This document shows, one piece after another, positions 29,905 to 38,900 of a stretch of DNA of 64,000 nt. How positions within the stretch are numbered: position 1 is the first letter of the stretch; each line of letters begins with the position of its first letter. The notes beneath the pieces were generated by a model. That model was given only the letters and a program-made list of their open reading frames with translations. It did no database searches and was not told the origin of the DNA. Origin of the DNA: an uncultured Dehalococcoidia bacterium (GTDB taxonomy: Bacteria > Chloroflexota > Dehalococcoidia > Bin125); the NCBI GenBank assembly GCA_958295515.1, contig CATQGW010000001.1:580923-644922 (forward strand), read 5' to 3'. A program made the position numbers and the translations under genes.

Positions 29905-31008
29905 ATGAGCGTCCGCGTCTACATCCCCACCCCCTTCCGCAAGATCACCGGCGACCGCACCTTCGTCGAGGCCGACGGCAGCGACGTCAACGGCGTCCTG
30001 CGCGATCTCGAACAGCGCTTCCCCGGCTTCGGCGAAATGGTCTTCAACGGCGAACAAGAGCTGCTGGAGCACGTCAACGTCTACCTCAACAGCCAGGAAA
30101 TTCGGGCGCTGCAGGGCGCGAGCACGTTGGTCAGCGACGGCGACGAGGTGGCCGTGATCCCCGCCCTCGCCGGCGGCGCGGCCATGACCCCCGAGATGGT
30201 CGAGCGCTACTCCCGCCACCTGATCATGGACCAGGTCGGGCCGGTCGGACAGCGCAAGCTGATCGACGGCAAAGTGCTCGCCGTCGGCGCGGGCGGCCTC
30301 GGCTCGCCTGTGCTCGTCTACCTCGCCGCCGCCGGCGTCGGCACCATCGGCATCGTCGATTTCGATGTCGTCGACCGCTCCAACCTCCAGCGCCAGATCA
30401 TCCACGGCAGCAGCGACCTCGGCCGCCCCAAGGTCGAGTCGGCGCGAGACCGCATCGCCGACATGAACCCCAATGTCGTCGTGCAAACCCACACCCAGCC
30501 GCTGACCTCCGAAAATGCGATGGAGATCATCCCCCAATACGACGTGATCATCAACGGCGCCGACAACTTCGCCACCCGCTACCTGGTCAACGACGCCGCC
30601 TTCCTCTCCGAAAAAATCCTCGTCGATGGCAGCATCTTCCTCTTCGAAGGGCAGGTCACGACATTCTTCCCCGGCCAGGGCTGCTACCGCTGCCTCTACC
30701 CCAGCCCGCCGCCGCCCGGCATGGTGCCCTCCTGCGCCGAGGCCGGCGTGCTCGGCGTGCTGCCCGGCACGATCGGCGCGATCCAGGCGACCGAAGCGAT
30801 CAAGGTGCTGCTCGAACAGGGCGATCCGCTCAAAAACCGCCTGCTGCTCTACGACGCCCTGGCGATGGACTTCCGCACGGTCAAAATCCGCCGCGATCCG
30901 GCCTGCCCGCTCTGCGGCGACGCCCCCAGCGTGACCGAGCTGATCGACTACGAAGAGTTCTGCGGCTCCCCCTTCCACGAGGGACCCGTCGCCGCCGCCG
31001 GCGGCTAA
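29905..31008 (+). CDS. MoaD/ThiS-like ubiquitin-fold domain fused to MoeB/ThiF-type E1 adenylyltransferase
   Basis: N-terminal ~90 aa end in …VAVIPALAGG, then run directly into the E1 Rossmann LAVGAGGLGSPV…D.D.V..SNL. C-terminal CxxC…CPLC zinc motif. Confidence 0.75.
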   Translation: MSVRVYIPTPFRKITGDRTFVEADGSDVNGVLRDLEQRFPGFGEMVFNGEQELLEHVNVYLNSQEIRALQGASTLVSDGDEVAVIPALAGGAAMTPEMVERYSRHLIMDQVGPVGQRKLIDGKVLAVGAGGLGSPVLVYLAAAGVGTIGIVDFDVVDRSNLQRQIIHGSSDLGRPKVESARDRIADMNPNVVVQTHTQPLTSENAMEIIPQYDVIINGADNFATRYLVNDAAFLSEKILVDGSIFLFEGQVTTFFPGQGCYRCLYPSPPPPGMVPSCAEAGVLGVLPGTIGAIQATEAIKVLLEQGDPLKNRLLLYDALAMDFRTVKIRRDPACPLCGDAPSVTELIDYEEFCGSPFHEGPVAAAGG

Positions 31009-31032
31009 CAGCACAGCAGGAGGAAGCGCCGC

Positions 31033-31311
31033 ATGTCCGTTGAAGTCCGCGTCCCCTCGATGCTCCAGAAGTTCACCGACGGCCAAAAGTTGGTGCAGCT
31101 GGAATCGCACAATGTCGGCCAACTGCTCGACTCGCTCGAACGCTCCTACCCCGGCATCGGCGATCAGCTGATGGAGCAGGGCGAACTGCGGCGCTTCGTC
31201 AACATCTTCCTCAACGACGAAGACATTCGCTTCCTCGACGGGCTGGACACCGCGCTCAACGACGGCGATGTGCTGGCGATCCTGCCGGCCCTGGCGGGCG
31301 GCGATCGATGA
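31033..31311 (+). CDS. MoaD/ThiS/CysO-type sulfur carrier protein with GG-DR C-terminal extension
   Basis: 92-aa β-grasp pattern ending …AILPALAGGDR. Stop overlaps the cysM start. Confidence 0.7.
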   Translation: MSVEVRVPSMLQKFTDGQKLVQLESHNVGQLLDSLERSYPGIGDQLMEQGELRRFVNIFLNDEDIRFLDGLDTALNDGDVLAILPALAGGDR

Positions 31312-32273
31312 CCACCGCCATCGCCGCTCCCGTCCGCTACCACTCGCTGCTCGAGACCATCGGCGACACCCCGCTGGTGCGCCTCAACCGACTCTCGCCC
31401 AATCCCGATGTGACCATCTGGGTCAAGCTCGAAGGCCAAAACCCGACCGGCTCGGTCAAGGACCGCATCGCCCGCTCGATGCTCGACGCCGCCCACGCCG
31501 ACGGCTCCCTCCAGCCCGGCCAGACGATCCTCGAGCCGACCAGCGGCAACACCGGCCTCGCGATCGCGATGATCGGACGGCTCAGCGGCCACCCCGTGCG
31601 CTGCGTGATGCCCGAAAGCGTCAGCGTCGAACGGCGCGACCTGCTCACCTTCTTCGGCGCAGAGGTGATCCTCTCGCCCGGCGAACAGGGCAGCAACGGC
31701 GCAGTGCGGATGGCCAAGCAGCTCTACGCGGAAGACCCCAGCGTCTTCATGCCGATGCAGTACGAAAACGCCGCCAACCCCAACGCCCACTACGAGACCA
31801 CCGGCCCCGAAATCCTGCGCGACTGCCCCGAAATCACCCACTTCGTCGCCGGCCTGGGCACCGGCGGCACCCTGACCGGCGTCGGGCGCTACCTCAAAGA
31901 ACAGCGCCCCGAGGTCAAAATCGTCGCCGCCGCGCCCCACCCCGGCGACCTCGTGCAGGGGCTGCGCAGCCTCGACGAGGGCTACATCCCGCCCGTGCTC
32001 GACGAGTCCGTGCTCGACGGCCGCATCGTGATCGACAGCCGCACCTCCTTCGCCGTCACCAAATCCCTGCTCGAAGAAGAAGGCGTCTTCGCCGGCATCT
32101 CCTGCGGCGCAGCCGTGCGCGCCGCCCAGCGCATCGCCGAACGCGCCGAGCGCGGCCACGTCGTCGTGCTGCTCGCCGACGGCGGCTGGAAATACCTCTC
32201 CACCGGCCTCTGGGCGCGCGACTACGAAGACATCGCCGGCGACGAAACAATCGAAGGCAAAATCTGGTGGTAA
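31308..32273 (+). CDS. cysM: cysteine synthase, CysM-like (sulfur-carrier-dependent)
   Basis: NPTGSVKDRIA PLP motif, then TSGNTGLAIA and GTGGTLTGVG. Translationally coupled to the CysO-like gene. Confidence 0.8.
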   Translation: MTTAIAAPVRYHSLLETIGDTPLVRLNRLSPNPDVTIWVKLEGQNPTGSVKDRIARSMLDAAHADGSLQPGQTILEPTSGNTGLAIAMIGRLSGHPVRCVMPESVSVERRDLLTFFGAEVILSPGEQGSNGAVRMAKQLYAEDPSVFMPMQYENAANPNAHYETTGPEILRDCPEITHFVAGLGTGGTLTGVGRYLKEQRPEVKIVAAAPHPGDLVQGLRSLDEGYIPPVLDESVLDGRIVIDSRTSFAVTKSLLEEEGVFAGISCGAAVRAAQRIAERAERGHVVVLLADGGWKYLSTGLWARDYEDIAGDETIEGKIWW

Positions 32274-32315
32274 CCCCCGCCAAACCACGCACACAGTCCG
32301 CGAAAGGACGAAACA

Positions 32316-33161
32316 ATGGCCGAATACGCACAGCCCGACAAGCTGGTCAGCACCGATTGGGTCGCCGAACACCTCGATGATCCCAACGTCTGCCTCATCG
32401 AGGTGGATGTCGACACCGGCGCCTACGACGAAGGCCACCCGCCCGGCGCGACCGCCTGGAACTGGACCAGCCAGCTGCAGGACCAGGTGCAGCGCGATGT
32501 CGCCAGCCGCGAGACGATCGAAGCGCTGCTGCGCAGCGCTGGCGCGAACGACGACTCGCGCATCATCCTCTTCGGCGACAACAACAACTGGTTCGCCGCC
32601 TACGCGCTCTGGATGCTCGAGATGTACGGCGTCTCCAACACCGCGCTGATGAACGGCGGGCGCGTCAAGTGGCTCGCCGAAGAGCGCCCCACCACCACCG
32701 AGGTCCCGGAACCGCGCAGCGGTTCGATCAGCGTCGCCGAGCGCGACGAGTCGATCCGCGCCAAGCTGCCCGAGGTGCTCGCGCACGTTGAGGCCGGCGG
32801 CCAGCTGGTCGACGTGCGCTCGCCCGACGAGTTCAACGGCGTGATCATGGCCCCGCCCGGTCTGCCCGAGACCGCGCAGCGCAAAGGCCACGTGCCCGGC
32901 GCGTCCAACATCCCCTGGGGCACCGCCGTGGCCGCGGACGGCACCTACAAGTCCGCCGACGAGCTGCGCGAGCTCTACAGCGGCCAGGGCATCAGCGGCG
33001 ACCAGCCGGTGATCGCCTACTGCCGCATCGGCGAGCGCTCCTCGCACAGCTGGTTCGCCCTGCGCTACTTGCTGGGCATCGAAGAGGTCGCCAACTACGA
33101 CGGCTCCTGGACCGAATACGGCAGCGTCGTCGGCGTCCCGATCGCCAACCCCTCCGCCTGA
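32316..33161 (+). CDS. thiosulfate/3-mercaptopyruvate sulfurtransferase (tandem rhodanese domains)
   Basis: Two rhodanese-like halves. Active-site Cys loop CRIGERSS in the second domain. Confidence 0.8.
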   Translation: MAEYAQPDKLVSTDWVAEHLDDPNVCLIEVDVDTGAYDEGHPPGATAWNWTSQLQDQVQRDVASRETIEALLRSAGANDDSRIILFGDNNNWFAAYALWMLEMYGVSNTALMNGGRVKWLAEERPTTTEVPEPRSGSISVAERDESIRAKLPEVLAHVEAGGQLVDVRSPDEFNGVIMAPPGLPETAQRKGHVPGASNIPWGTAVAADGTYKSADELRELYSGQGISGDQPVIAYCRIGERSSHSWFALRYLLGIEEVANYDGSWTEYGSVVGVPIANPSA

Positions 33162-33164
33162 GCA

Positions 33165-33551
33165 ATGCCCGCCGACCCGGCCTGGCGTCGCACCGTCGCG
33201 CGCGCCGTCGCCGGCGGCGACGCCGCCGCGCTGCCGCTGCGCTTCAGCGCCGCGGTGCTGGCGCGCTACCTCCAGCGCTCCGACAACCGGATCTTGCGCA
33301 GCGACACCATCGGGCGGCTGATCCAGCCCGGCAAGCCCGTGATCGACTTCGGCATCGTCGCCGACGACCGCGAAATCCACCTCCGCTTCGCCGACCTCCT
33401 GCAGCTCGTCCCCGAAGCGGAGCGCGATCACTGGCTCGACCACCTGATCGCCCCCGACCTCAGCCGCACCCTGCTCAAAATGCAGCTCACGCCCGGCGCC
33501 TGCCACGACGACGGCGAGCTGCGCGACTGGCGTCCGGAGCCGACATGCTGA
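33165..33551 (+). CDS. hypothetical protein
   Basis: 128-aa ORF. Stop overlaps the start of the downstream MT-A70 gene (ATGCTGA). Confidence 0.35.
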   Translation: MPADPAWRRTVARAVAGGDAAALPLRFSAAVLARYLQRSDNRILRSDTIGRLIQPGKPVIDFGIVADDREIHLRFADLLQLVPEAERDHWLDHLIAPDLSRTLLKMQLTPGACHDDGELRDWRPEPTC

Positions 33552-34150
33552 CGGAGTTTTCCTCGCTCCCGCAGCGCCGCTACGCGGTGATCTACGCCGA
33601 TCCGCCCTGGGACTACAAAGGGCAGCTGCAGCACGCCGGCCCCGGCAGCGGCGACAGCGGCGGCGCGGCGCGGCATTTTCCCACCGTGACCAGCCGCGAC
33701 CTCGCCCAACTGCCCGTACAGGAGATCGCCGCCGAAGACAGCCTGCTCTTCCTCTGGGCCACCTCCCCGCACCTCGATCAGGCCATCGAGCTCGGCAAAG
33801 CCTGGGGCTTCGCCTGGGCCACCGTCGCCTTCGTCTGGGACAAACAGCGCGTCAACCCCGGCCACTACACGCTCTCCCAATGCGAGCTCTGCCTCGTCTT
33901 CAAGCGCGGACGCATCCCCCAGCCGCGCGGACGGCGCGATGTCCGCCAGCTGCTCAGCGCCCCGCGCGGCCGCCACTCGGAAAAGCCCGAAGAAGTGCGC
34001 AACCGGATCGCGGCGATGTTCCCCGACCAGCCCAAAATCGAACTCTTCGCCCGTTCCCAAACCCCCGGCTGGGACAGCTGGGGCGAGGAAGTGCCCCACG
34101 GCGAAGCGCGCACATTCTGGTCGCGCAAAGAAACGGTGGCAGCCCAATGA
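33545..34150 (+). CDS. MT-A70 family N6-adenine methyltransferase
   Basis: RYAVIYADPPWDY (DPPW motif IV) and downstream …LFLWAT…, 201 aa. Translationally coupled to neighbours on both sides. Confidence 0.7.
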   Translation: MLTEFSSLPQRRYAVIYADPPWDYKGQLQHAGPGSGDSGGAARHFPTVTSRDLAQLPVQEIAAEDSLLFLWATSPHLDQAIELGKAWGFAWATVAFVWDKQRVNPGHYTLSQCELCLVFKRGRIPQPRGRRDVRQLLSAPRGRHSEKPEEVRNRIAAMFPDQPKIELFARSQTPGWDSWGEEVPHGEARTFWSRKETVAAQ

Positions 34151-34665
34151 CGCTCACACTGCCGCGAGAACTGGTGGATGAGATGGTCGCGCACGCCCGC
34201 GACGACCTGCCCAACGAGTGCTGCGGCGTCATCGCGCGCGCCCAGGATGGCGCGCTGACGCTGTACCGCACGACCAACGGCGCAGCCTCCCCCTACCGCT
34301 TCGACATTCCCGCCCAGGAGCTGCTCCACCTCTTCCGCAGCATCGAAGACGGCGGCGGCGACTTCCTCGTCATCTACCACTCCCACGTGGCCAGCCCGGC
34401 CCGGCCGTCCCCGACGGATCTCCGCATGGCCGTGCTGCATCGCGGACCCAACCCCTGGCCCTATTGGGTGCTGGTCTCGCTCCAGCACGACGCGCCGTCC
34501 GTCCGCGCCTGGCGGATCGACGACGGCGATGAGATCGAGGGCGTCGCGCCGACCGAAATCGAGCTGACGATCAGCGACGAGTCGGCCCGGCGGGTGCAGC
34601 TGGAAACAGTCGAGCTGGAGATTGACGGACGGGTGCGCCCGCGCGTCCGCGAGCGCGAGCTCTGA
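34147..34665 (+). CDS. JAMM/MPN+ metalloprotease (Mec+-like, CysO/MoaD C-terminal processing)
   Basis: E…HSHVASPARPSPTD is the JAMM H-x-H-x7-S-x2-D motif, with upstream E (NECCG). 172 aa. Confidence 0.75.
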   Translation: MTLTLPRELVDEMVAHARDDLPNECCGVIARAQDGALTLYRTTNGAASPYRFDIPAQELLHLFRSIEDGGGDFLVIYHSHVASPARPSPTDLRMAVLHRGPNPWPYWVLVSLQHDAPSVRAWRIDDGDEIEGVAPTEIELTISDESARRVQLETVELEIDGRVRPRVREREL

Positions 34666-34667
34666 GC

Positions 34668-35492
34668 GTGCCCGAACCCCTGACCATCGGCGGGCGCGAG
34701 TTTGTCTGGCGCGTGCGCACCTACATCGTCGGCATCCTCAACCTCTCGCCCGACTCCTTCGCCGGCGACGGCCTGAGCGATGTCGACGACGCCGTCGAGC
34801 GCGCCCTCGCCATGTGCCGCGCCGGCGCCGACCTGATCGATGTCGGCGGCGAATCCACCCGCCCCGGCTTTGAGCCGATCCCACTCGAAGTCGAGCTCGC
34901 CCGCGTCTGCCCCGTCATCGAAGCGCTGCTCGCCAACCGCGTCGCCGCCCCGCTGAGCATCGACACCACCAAGCCCGAAGTCGCCGAGGCCGCCCTCGCC
35001 GCCGGCGCGGCGGCGCTCAACGACATCCACGGGCTGCGCGGCGATCCCCGCCTCGCCGAGGTCGCCGCCCGCTACGGCGCGACCGTGATCGCCATGCACA
35101 ACCAGCGCGGACGCCCGCCCGCCGCCGATCCGGTCGCCGCCTTGCTCGACGGCTTCGCCGCCTCGCTCAACTGCGCCCGCGCCGCCGGCATCCCCGACCA
35201 GCGCCTCATCCTCGACCCCGGCTTCGGCTTTGGCTGGCCGCTGGAACAGAACTACGAAATCCTGCGCCGCCTGCCCGAATTGCGCGCCGCCGGCCGACCA
35301 TTGCAGGTCGGCCTCTCCCGCAAGCGCATGACTGGCCGACAGTTCGGCTGGTCCGCCCAGGAGCGTCTGGAAGGCACCGCCGCTGCAATCGCCATCGCCG
35401 CGGCCAACGGCGCGGACCTGGTCCGCGTCCACGATGTCTCCGAAATGAGCCGCGTCGTCAAACTCAGCGACGCCGTAACCCGCAATGCCTGA
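34668..35492 (+). CDS. folP: dihydropteroate synthase
   Basis: …GILNLSPDSFAGDG… and DIGGESTRPG. GTG start. Confidence 0.85.
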   Translation: MPEPLTIGGREFVWRVRTYIVGILNLSPDSFAGDGLSDVDDAVERALAMCRAGADLIDVGGESTRPGFEPIPLEVELARVCPVIEALLANRVAAPLSIDTTKPEVAEAALAAGAAALNDIHGLRGDPRLAEVAARYGATVIAMHNQRGRPPAADPVAALLDGFAASLNCARAAGIPDQRLILDPGFGFGWPLEQNYEILRRLPELRAAGRPLQVGLSRKRMTGRQFGWSAQERLEGTAAAIAIAAANGADLVRVHDVSEMSRVVKLSDAVTRNA

Positions 35493-35982
35493 TGTCTTTC
35501 TCGGCCTCGGCGCAAACCTCGGCGACCGCCGCGCAACCCTGCGCGCCGCCGTCGCCGAACTGCGCAGCCTGCTGAGCAACGTCCGCGTGTCCGCCCTCTA
35601 CGAAACCGCCCCCTGGGGCGACCAAGACCAACCCGCCTTCCTCAACGCCGCCCTGCGCGGAACCACCGAACTCCCTCCGCTCGACCTGCTCGACGCAACG
35701 CAAGACATCGAGCGCCGCCTCGGCCGCGTGCGCAGCGCGCGCCGTTGGGGACCCCGCGCCATCGACATCGACATCCTGCTCTACGGAACAGAAATCGTCT
35801 CCCACCCCCGCCTGACCATCCCCCACCGCCACCTCCGCGACCGCGGCTTCGTCCTCCGCCCCCTCGTCGACCTCGCCCCCGCCCGCACCATCCCGCCCGA
35901 CCACGCCCAAATCGCCGAGCTACTCACCATCATCAACGCCGACGACATCAAACAAATCGAACCCCCCACCTGGGCCGACTAA
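35485..35982 (+). CDS. folK: 2-amino-4-hydroxy-6-hydroxymethyldihydropteridine pyrophosphokinase
   Basis: …VFLGLGANLGDR… and RWGPRAIDIDILLYG (HPPK signatures). Overlaps the folP end. Confidence 0.85.
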   Translation: MPDVFLGLGANLGDRRATLRAAVAELRSLLSNVRVSALYETAPWGDQDQPAFLNAALRGTTELPPLDLLDATQDIERRLGRVRSARRWGPRAIDIDILLYGTEIVSHPRLTIPHRHLRDRGFVLRPLVDLAPARTIPPDHAQIAELLTIINADDIKQIEPPTWAD

Positions 35983-35998
35983 ATCCTCTCGCACACTC

Positions 35999-36240
35999 CT
36001 ACACGTCGTCGATCGGCTCCACCGCGAACTCCAGACCGTCCAGCTCGTCCTGCGCCTCCAGCAGCGTCCAGCCGACCCAGAAGGCGAGGGCGGAGATCAC
36101 GATCACCAGCAGCGCCGCCGGGATCGCCACCGCCGCGTAGCTGCCGCGCGACAGGCCGCGCAGAAACAGCAGCAGCTCCAGCACCGCCGCGCCCATCAAC
36201 ACCGCGCCGGTCAGCCGCGTGCGATCCATGCCCGCGAGCA
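35999..36240 (-). CDS. small membrane protein (two TM helices)
   Basis: Hydrophobic segments …AVLMGAAVLELLLFL… and …IPAALLVIVISALAFWVGW…. Start uncertain. Confidence 0.3.
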
Positions 36241-36276
36241 TATCCGCCCCTGCTCCGCGCTGATACGCTCCGCCAA

Positions 36277-36924
36277 GTGAGCGATGTTCTCCAACCTCAG
36301 CAGGCGCAGCCGGCGAGCCGCGAAACCCCCGCGGACCCGCTCGCACCGCGCACCCTCTACCTGCACCGTCGCGTGGTCGTGATTGCGCCTGAGCGGATCG
36401 AAATCCGGCCGCCGCGCTCCGCCGTGATCATGCCGGCGATCGGCGTCGCCGTCACCGCCGGACTGCTCGCGCTGGTCGGCACCTCGGTAGACAGCCTGCC
36501 GTTCTGGACCCTGCCCGTGATTCTGCTCGTCTCCGTGCTGCTACTGCCGCTTTCGGGCATGTCGCTGGTCTACGCGCTGCTGGGCGCGAGCATTGTCGCC
36601 AGCGGACCGGGCTCGAACGTCTCGCTGAAGCAGCGCTTTCTGGGACTCGGCATCGGCTCCAACGAGCTGATCCCTTTTTGGAAAATCCGCGAGCTGCGGA
36701 TTGAGGACGAAGGCCGCCCCGTTAGCCGCCCCGATGCAGAGCTTCCCTCTCAAGAGGTCGCCCAATGGGAGCTGATCCTCGTCAAAAAGAGCGGTACCCG
36801 CCACACCCTCGGCGGCCTCACCGTGCCCCGCGAGCGCGAAGAGGAAGGACTGGAGATCATCATGGAGGTCGCCGAAGCTTTTGCAGCGCTCAGCGCTGCT
36901 CCGATCCGAGGACCCATCTGGTGA
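36277..36924 (+). CDS. hypothetical membrane protein
   Basis: 215-aa ORF with two central TM helices. GTG start. Overlaps the next gene start by 4 bp. Confidence 0.4.
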   Translation: MSDVLQPQQAQPASRETPADPLAPRTLYLHRRVVVIAPERIEIRPPRSAVIMPAIGVAVTAGLLALVGTSVDSLPFWTLPVILLVSVLLLPLSGMSLVYALLGASIVASGPGSNVSLKQRFLGLGIGSNELIPFWKIRELRIEDEGRPVSRPDAELPSQEVAQWELILVKKSGTRHTLGGLTVPREREEEGLEIIMEVAEAFAALSAAPIRGPIW

Positions 36925-37376
36925 GCACCCCCGACAACCCACACAACGACCAGATCTGGCAGGCCGAAATCGAGCGCGCCGTCGCCGCGGCCCTGCCGCG
37001 CATGCGCAACATCGCCGTGATCGGCCTCTCCCCGCGCCCCGAGCGCGACAGCCACCACGTTTCCGCCTACATCCAGCAGGCCGGCTGCCGCGTCTTCCCC
37101 GTCAACCCGCCCCATGCCGACGCCCGCATCCTCGGTGAGCGCGTCTACGCGCAGCTTGCGGACATCCCCGAACCGATCGACACCGTGGTCGTCTTCCGCC
37201 GCTCCGAGCAGACCGACGAGCCGATCGACGCCGCGATCGCCGCCGGCGCGGAGACCGTCTGGCTCCAGCTGGGCATCGTCAACCCCGACGGCCTGCGCCG
37301 CGCCCGCGCCGCCGGACTGCGCGCCGTCGAAGATCGCTGCCTGATGGTCGAGCACCGACGGCGCGCCGGGTCATAA
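36921..37376 (+). CDS. CoA-binding domain protein (YccU-like)
   Basis: …IAVIGLSPRPERDSHHVSAYIQQAGCRVFPVNP… is the NAD(P)/CoA-binding Rossmann typical of CoA_binding_2. GTG at 36921. Confidence 0.65.
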   Translation: MSTPDNPHNDQIWQAEIERAVAAALPRMRNIAVIGLSPRPERDSHHVSAYIQQAGCRVFPVNPPHADARILGERVYAQLADIPEPIDTVVVFRRSEQTDEPIDAAIAAGAETVWLQLGIVNPDGLRRARAAGLRAVEDRCLMVEHRRRAGS

Positions 37377-37410
37377 TGCAGATGGCTGACGTCGGTCTGG
37401 AGTAGGCTAG

Positions 37411-38898
37411 ATGCCCCAGCCGACGGACCACGGAGCGCTGGTGACGCCGATGCCTCCGTTCGCCGACTCCCCGCGCGAAGCCTGTGGTGTCTTCGGCGTC
37501 TGGTCCCCCGCCGTTGATGTCGCGCGTCTCACCTTCTACGGCATCTACGCGCTCCAGCACCGCGGCCAGGAGAGCGCCGGCATCTGCGCCACCGACGGCC
37601 AAACCCTCCAGCTCCGAGCCGACATGGGGCTGGTCTCCCAAGTCTTCACCGAAGACCAGCTTGAACCGCTCGACGGCATCGCCGCGATTGGCCACACCCG
37701 CTACTCGACCACCGGCTCCAGCCGCTTCCGCAACTCCCAGCCGATCCTGCTCAAGGACCCCGCCGACGGCCAACCCGTCGGCATCGCGCACAACGGCAAC
37801 GTGGTCAACGCCGCCGCCGTGCGCGCCCAGCTGACCGAAAGCGGGCACAGCTTCGCCACCTCGACCGACACCGAAATCCTCGGCCTCTACCTGCTCGATC
37901 AGGACGGCGGCTGGGAGTCGCGCTTCACCGCTCTGATGCACCGCATTGAGGCGGCCTACTCGATCGTCCTGCTCACCCCCGACCGTCTGATGGCCGCGCG
38001 CGACCCGCTCGGCGTCCGCCCGCTCTGCATCGGCTCGATCGACGGCGGCTACGTGATCGCCTCCGAAACCTGCGCGCTCGACCACATCGGCGCCGAGTAC
38101 GTCCGCGACGTACGGCCTGGCGAACTGGTCACGATCGACCAGCATGGCCTGCGCAGCTGCCAGGTCGTCGAGCCGCGCGACCCCGCCGGCTGCATCTTCG
38201 AGCACATCTACTTCGCGCGCCCCGACTCCTTCCTCGATGGACACCTCGCCTGGCAGTCGCGCGTGCGCATGGGCCAGCAGCTCGCCCGCGAGCATCCCGC
38301 CGACGCCGACCTCGTGATCGGCGTGCCCGACTCGGCCACCGCCCACGCCGTCGGCTACGCCAACGAATCGGGCATCCCCTACTCCGAGGGACTCGTCAAA
38401 AATCGCTACGTCGGCCGCACCTTCATCGAGCCCGACCAGCGCATCCGCGACCTCGGCGCGCATCTCAAATACAACCCGCTCAAATCCGTCCTCGCCGGAC
38501 GCCGCATTGTCGTCGTCGACGACACCATCGTGCGCGGCACCACCACCCCGCGGATCGTCAAGCTGCTGCGCCAGGCTGGCGCCGCCGAAGTGCATATGCG
38601 CATCTCCGCGCCGCCGATCCGACATGCCTGCTTCTTCGGCGTCGATATGGCCACCCGCGCCGAACTGATCGCCGCCCGCCACAGCGTCGAGGAGATTCGC
38701 CAACACATCGGCGCAGACTCGCTCGGCTACCTCAGCATCGATGGCCTGATCGAGGCCGCCGACCTCGGCAAACCCTCCTGCATGGCCTGCTTCACCGGCG
38801 ATTACCCCGTGCCCGTCCAGCTGGGGATGGACAAGCTCGCGCTCGAACGCAACGGCGCGGCCGATGTCCAGCCGATCCAGCTGGCCGCCCCGCGCTGA
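37411..38898 (+). CDS. purF: amidophosphoribosyltransferase
   Basis: Propeptide followed by the Ntn Cys in CGVFGVW. C-terminal PRTase motif VVVDDTIVRGTT. Confidence 0.9.
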   Translation: MPQPTDHGALVTPMPPFADSPREACGVFGVWSPAVDVARLTFYGIYALQHRGQESAGICATDGQTLQLRADMGLVSQVFTEDQLEPLDGIAAIGHTRYSTTGSSRFRNSQPILLKDPADGQPVGIAHNGNVVNAAAVRAQLTESGHSFATSTDTEILGLYLLDQDGGWESRFTALMHRIEAAYSIVLLTPDRLMAARDPLGVRPLCIGSIDGGYVIASETCALDHIGAEYVRDVRPGELVTIDQHGLRSCQVVEPRDPAGCIFEHIYFARPDSFLDGHLAWQSRVRMGQQLAREHPADADLVIGVPDSATAHAVGYANESGIPYSEGLVKNRYVGRTFIEPDQRIRDLGAHLKYNPLKSVLAGRRIVVVDDTIVRGTTTPRIVKLLRQAGAAEVHMRISAPPIRHACFFGVDMATRAELIAARHSVEEIRQHIGADSLGYLSIDGLIEAADLGKPSCMACFTGDYPVPVQLGMDKLALERNGAADVQPIQLAAPR

Positions 38899-38900
38899 CG

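Noticed and set aside
29899-33506. 407-aa and 780-aa minus-strand ORFs across the cysteine-synthase/MoeB/rhodanese genes
   Set aside because: Extremely Gly/Ala/Asp-rich with no TM or motif. All + strand genes have strong family signatures.
34461-35579. 372-aa minus-strand ORF over folP
   Set aside because: Antisense shadow of folP.
37279-38706. 475-aa minus-strand ORF over purF
   Set aside because: Antisense shadow of purF.
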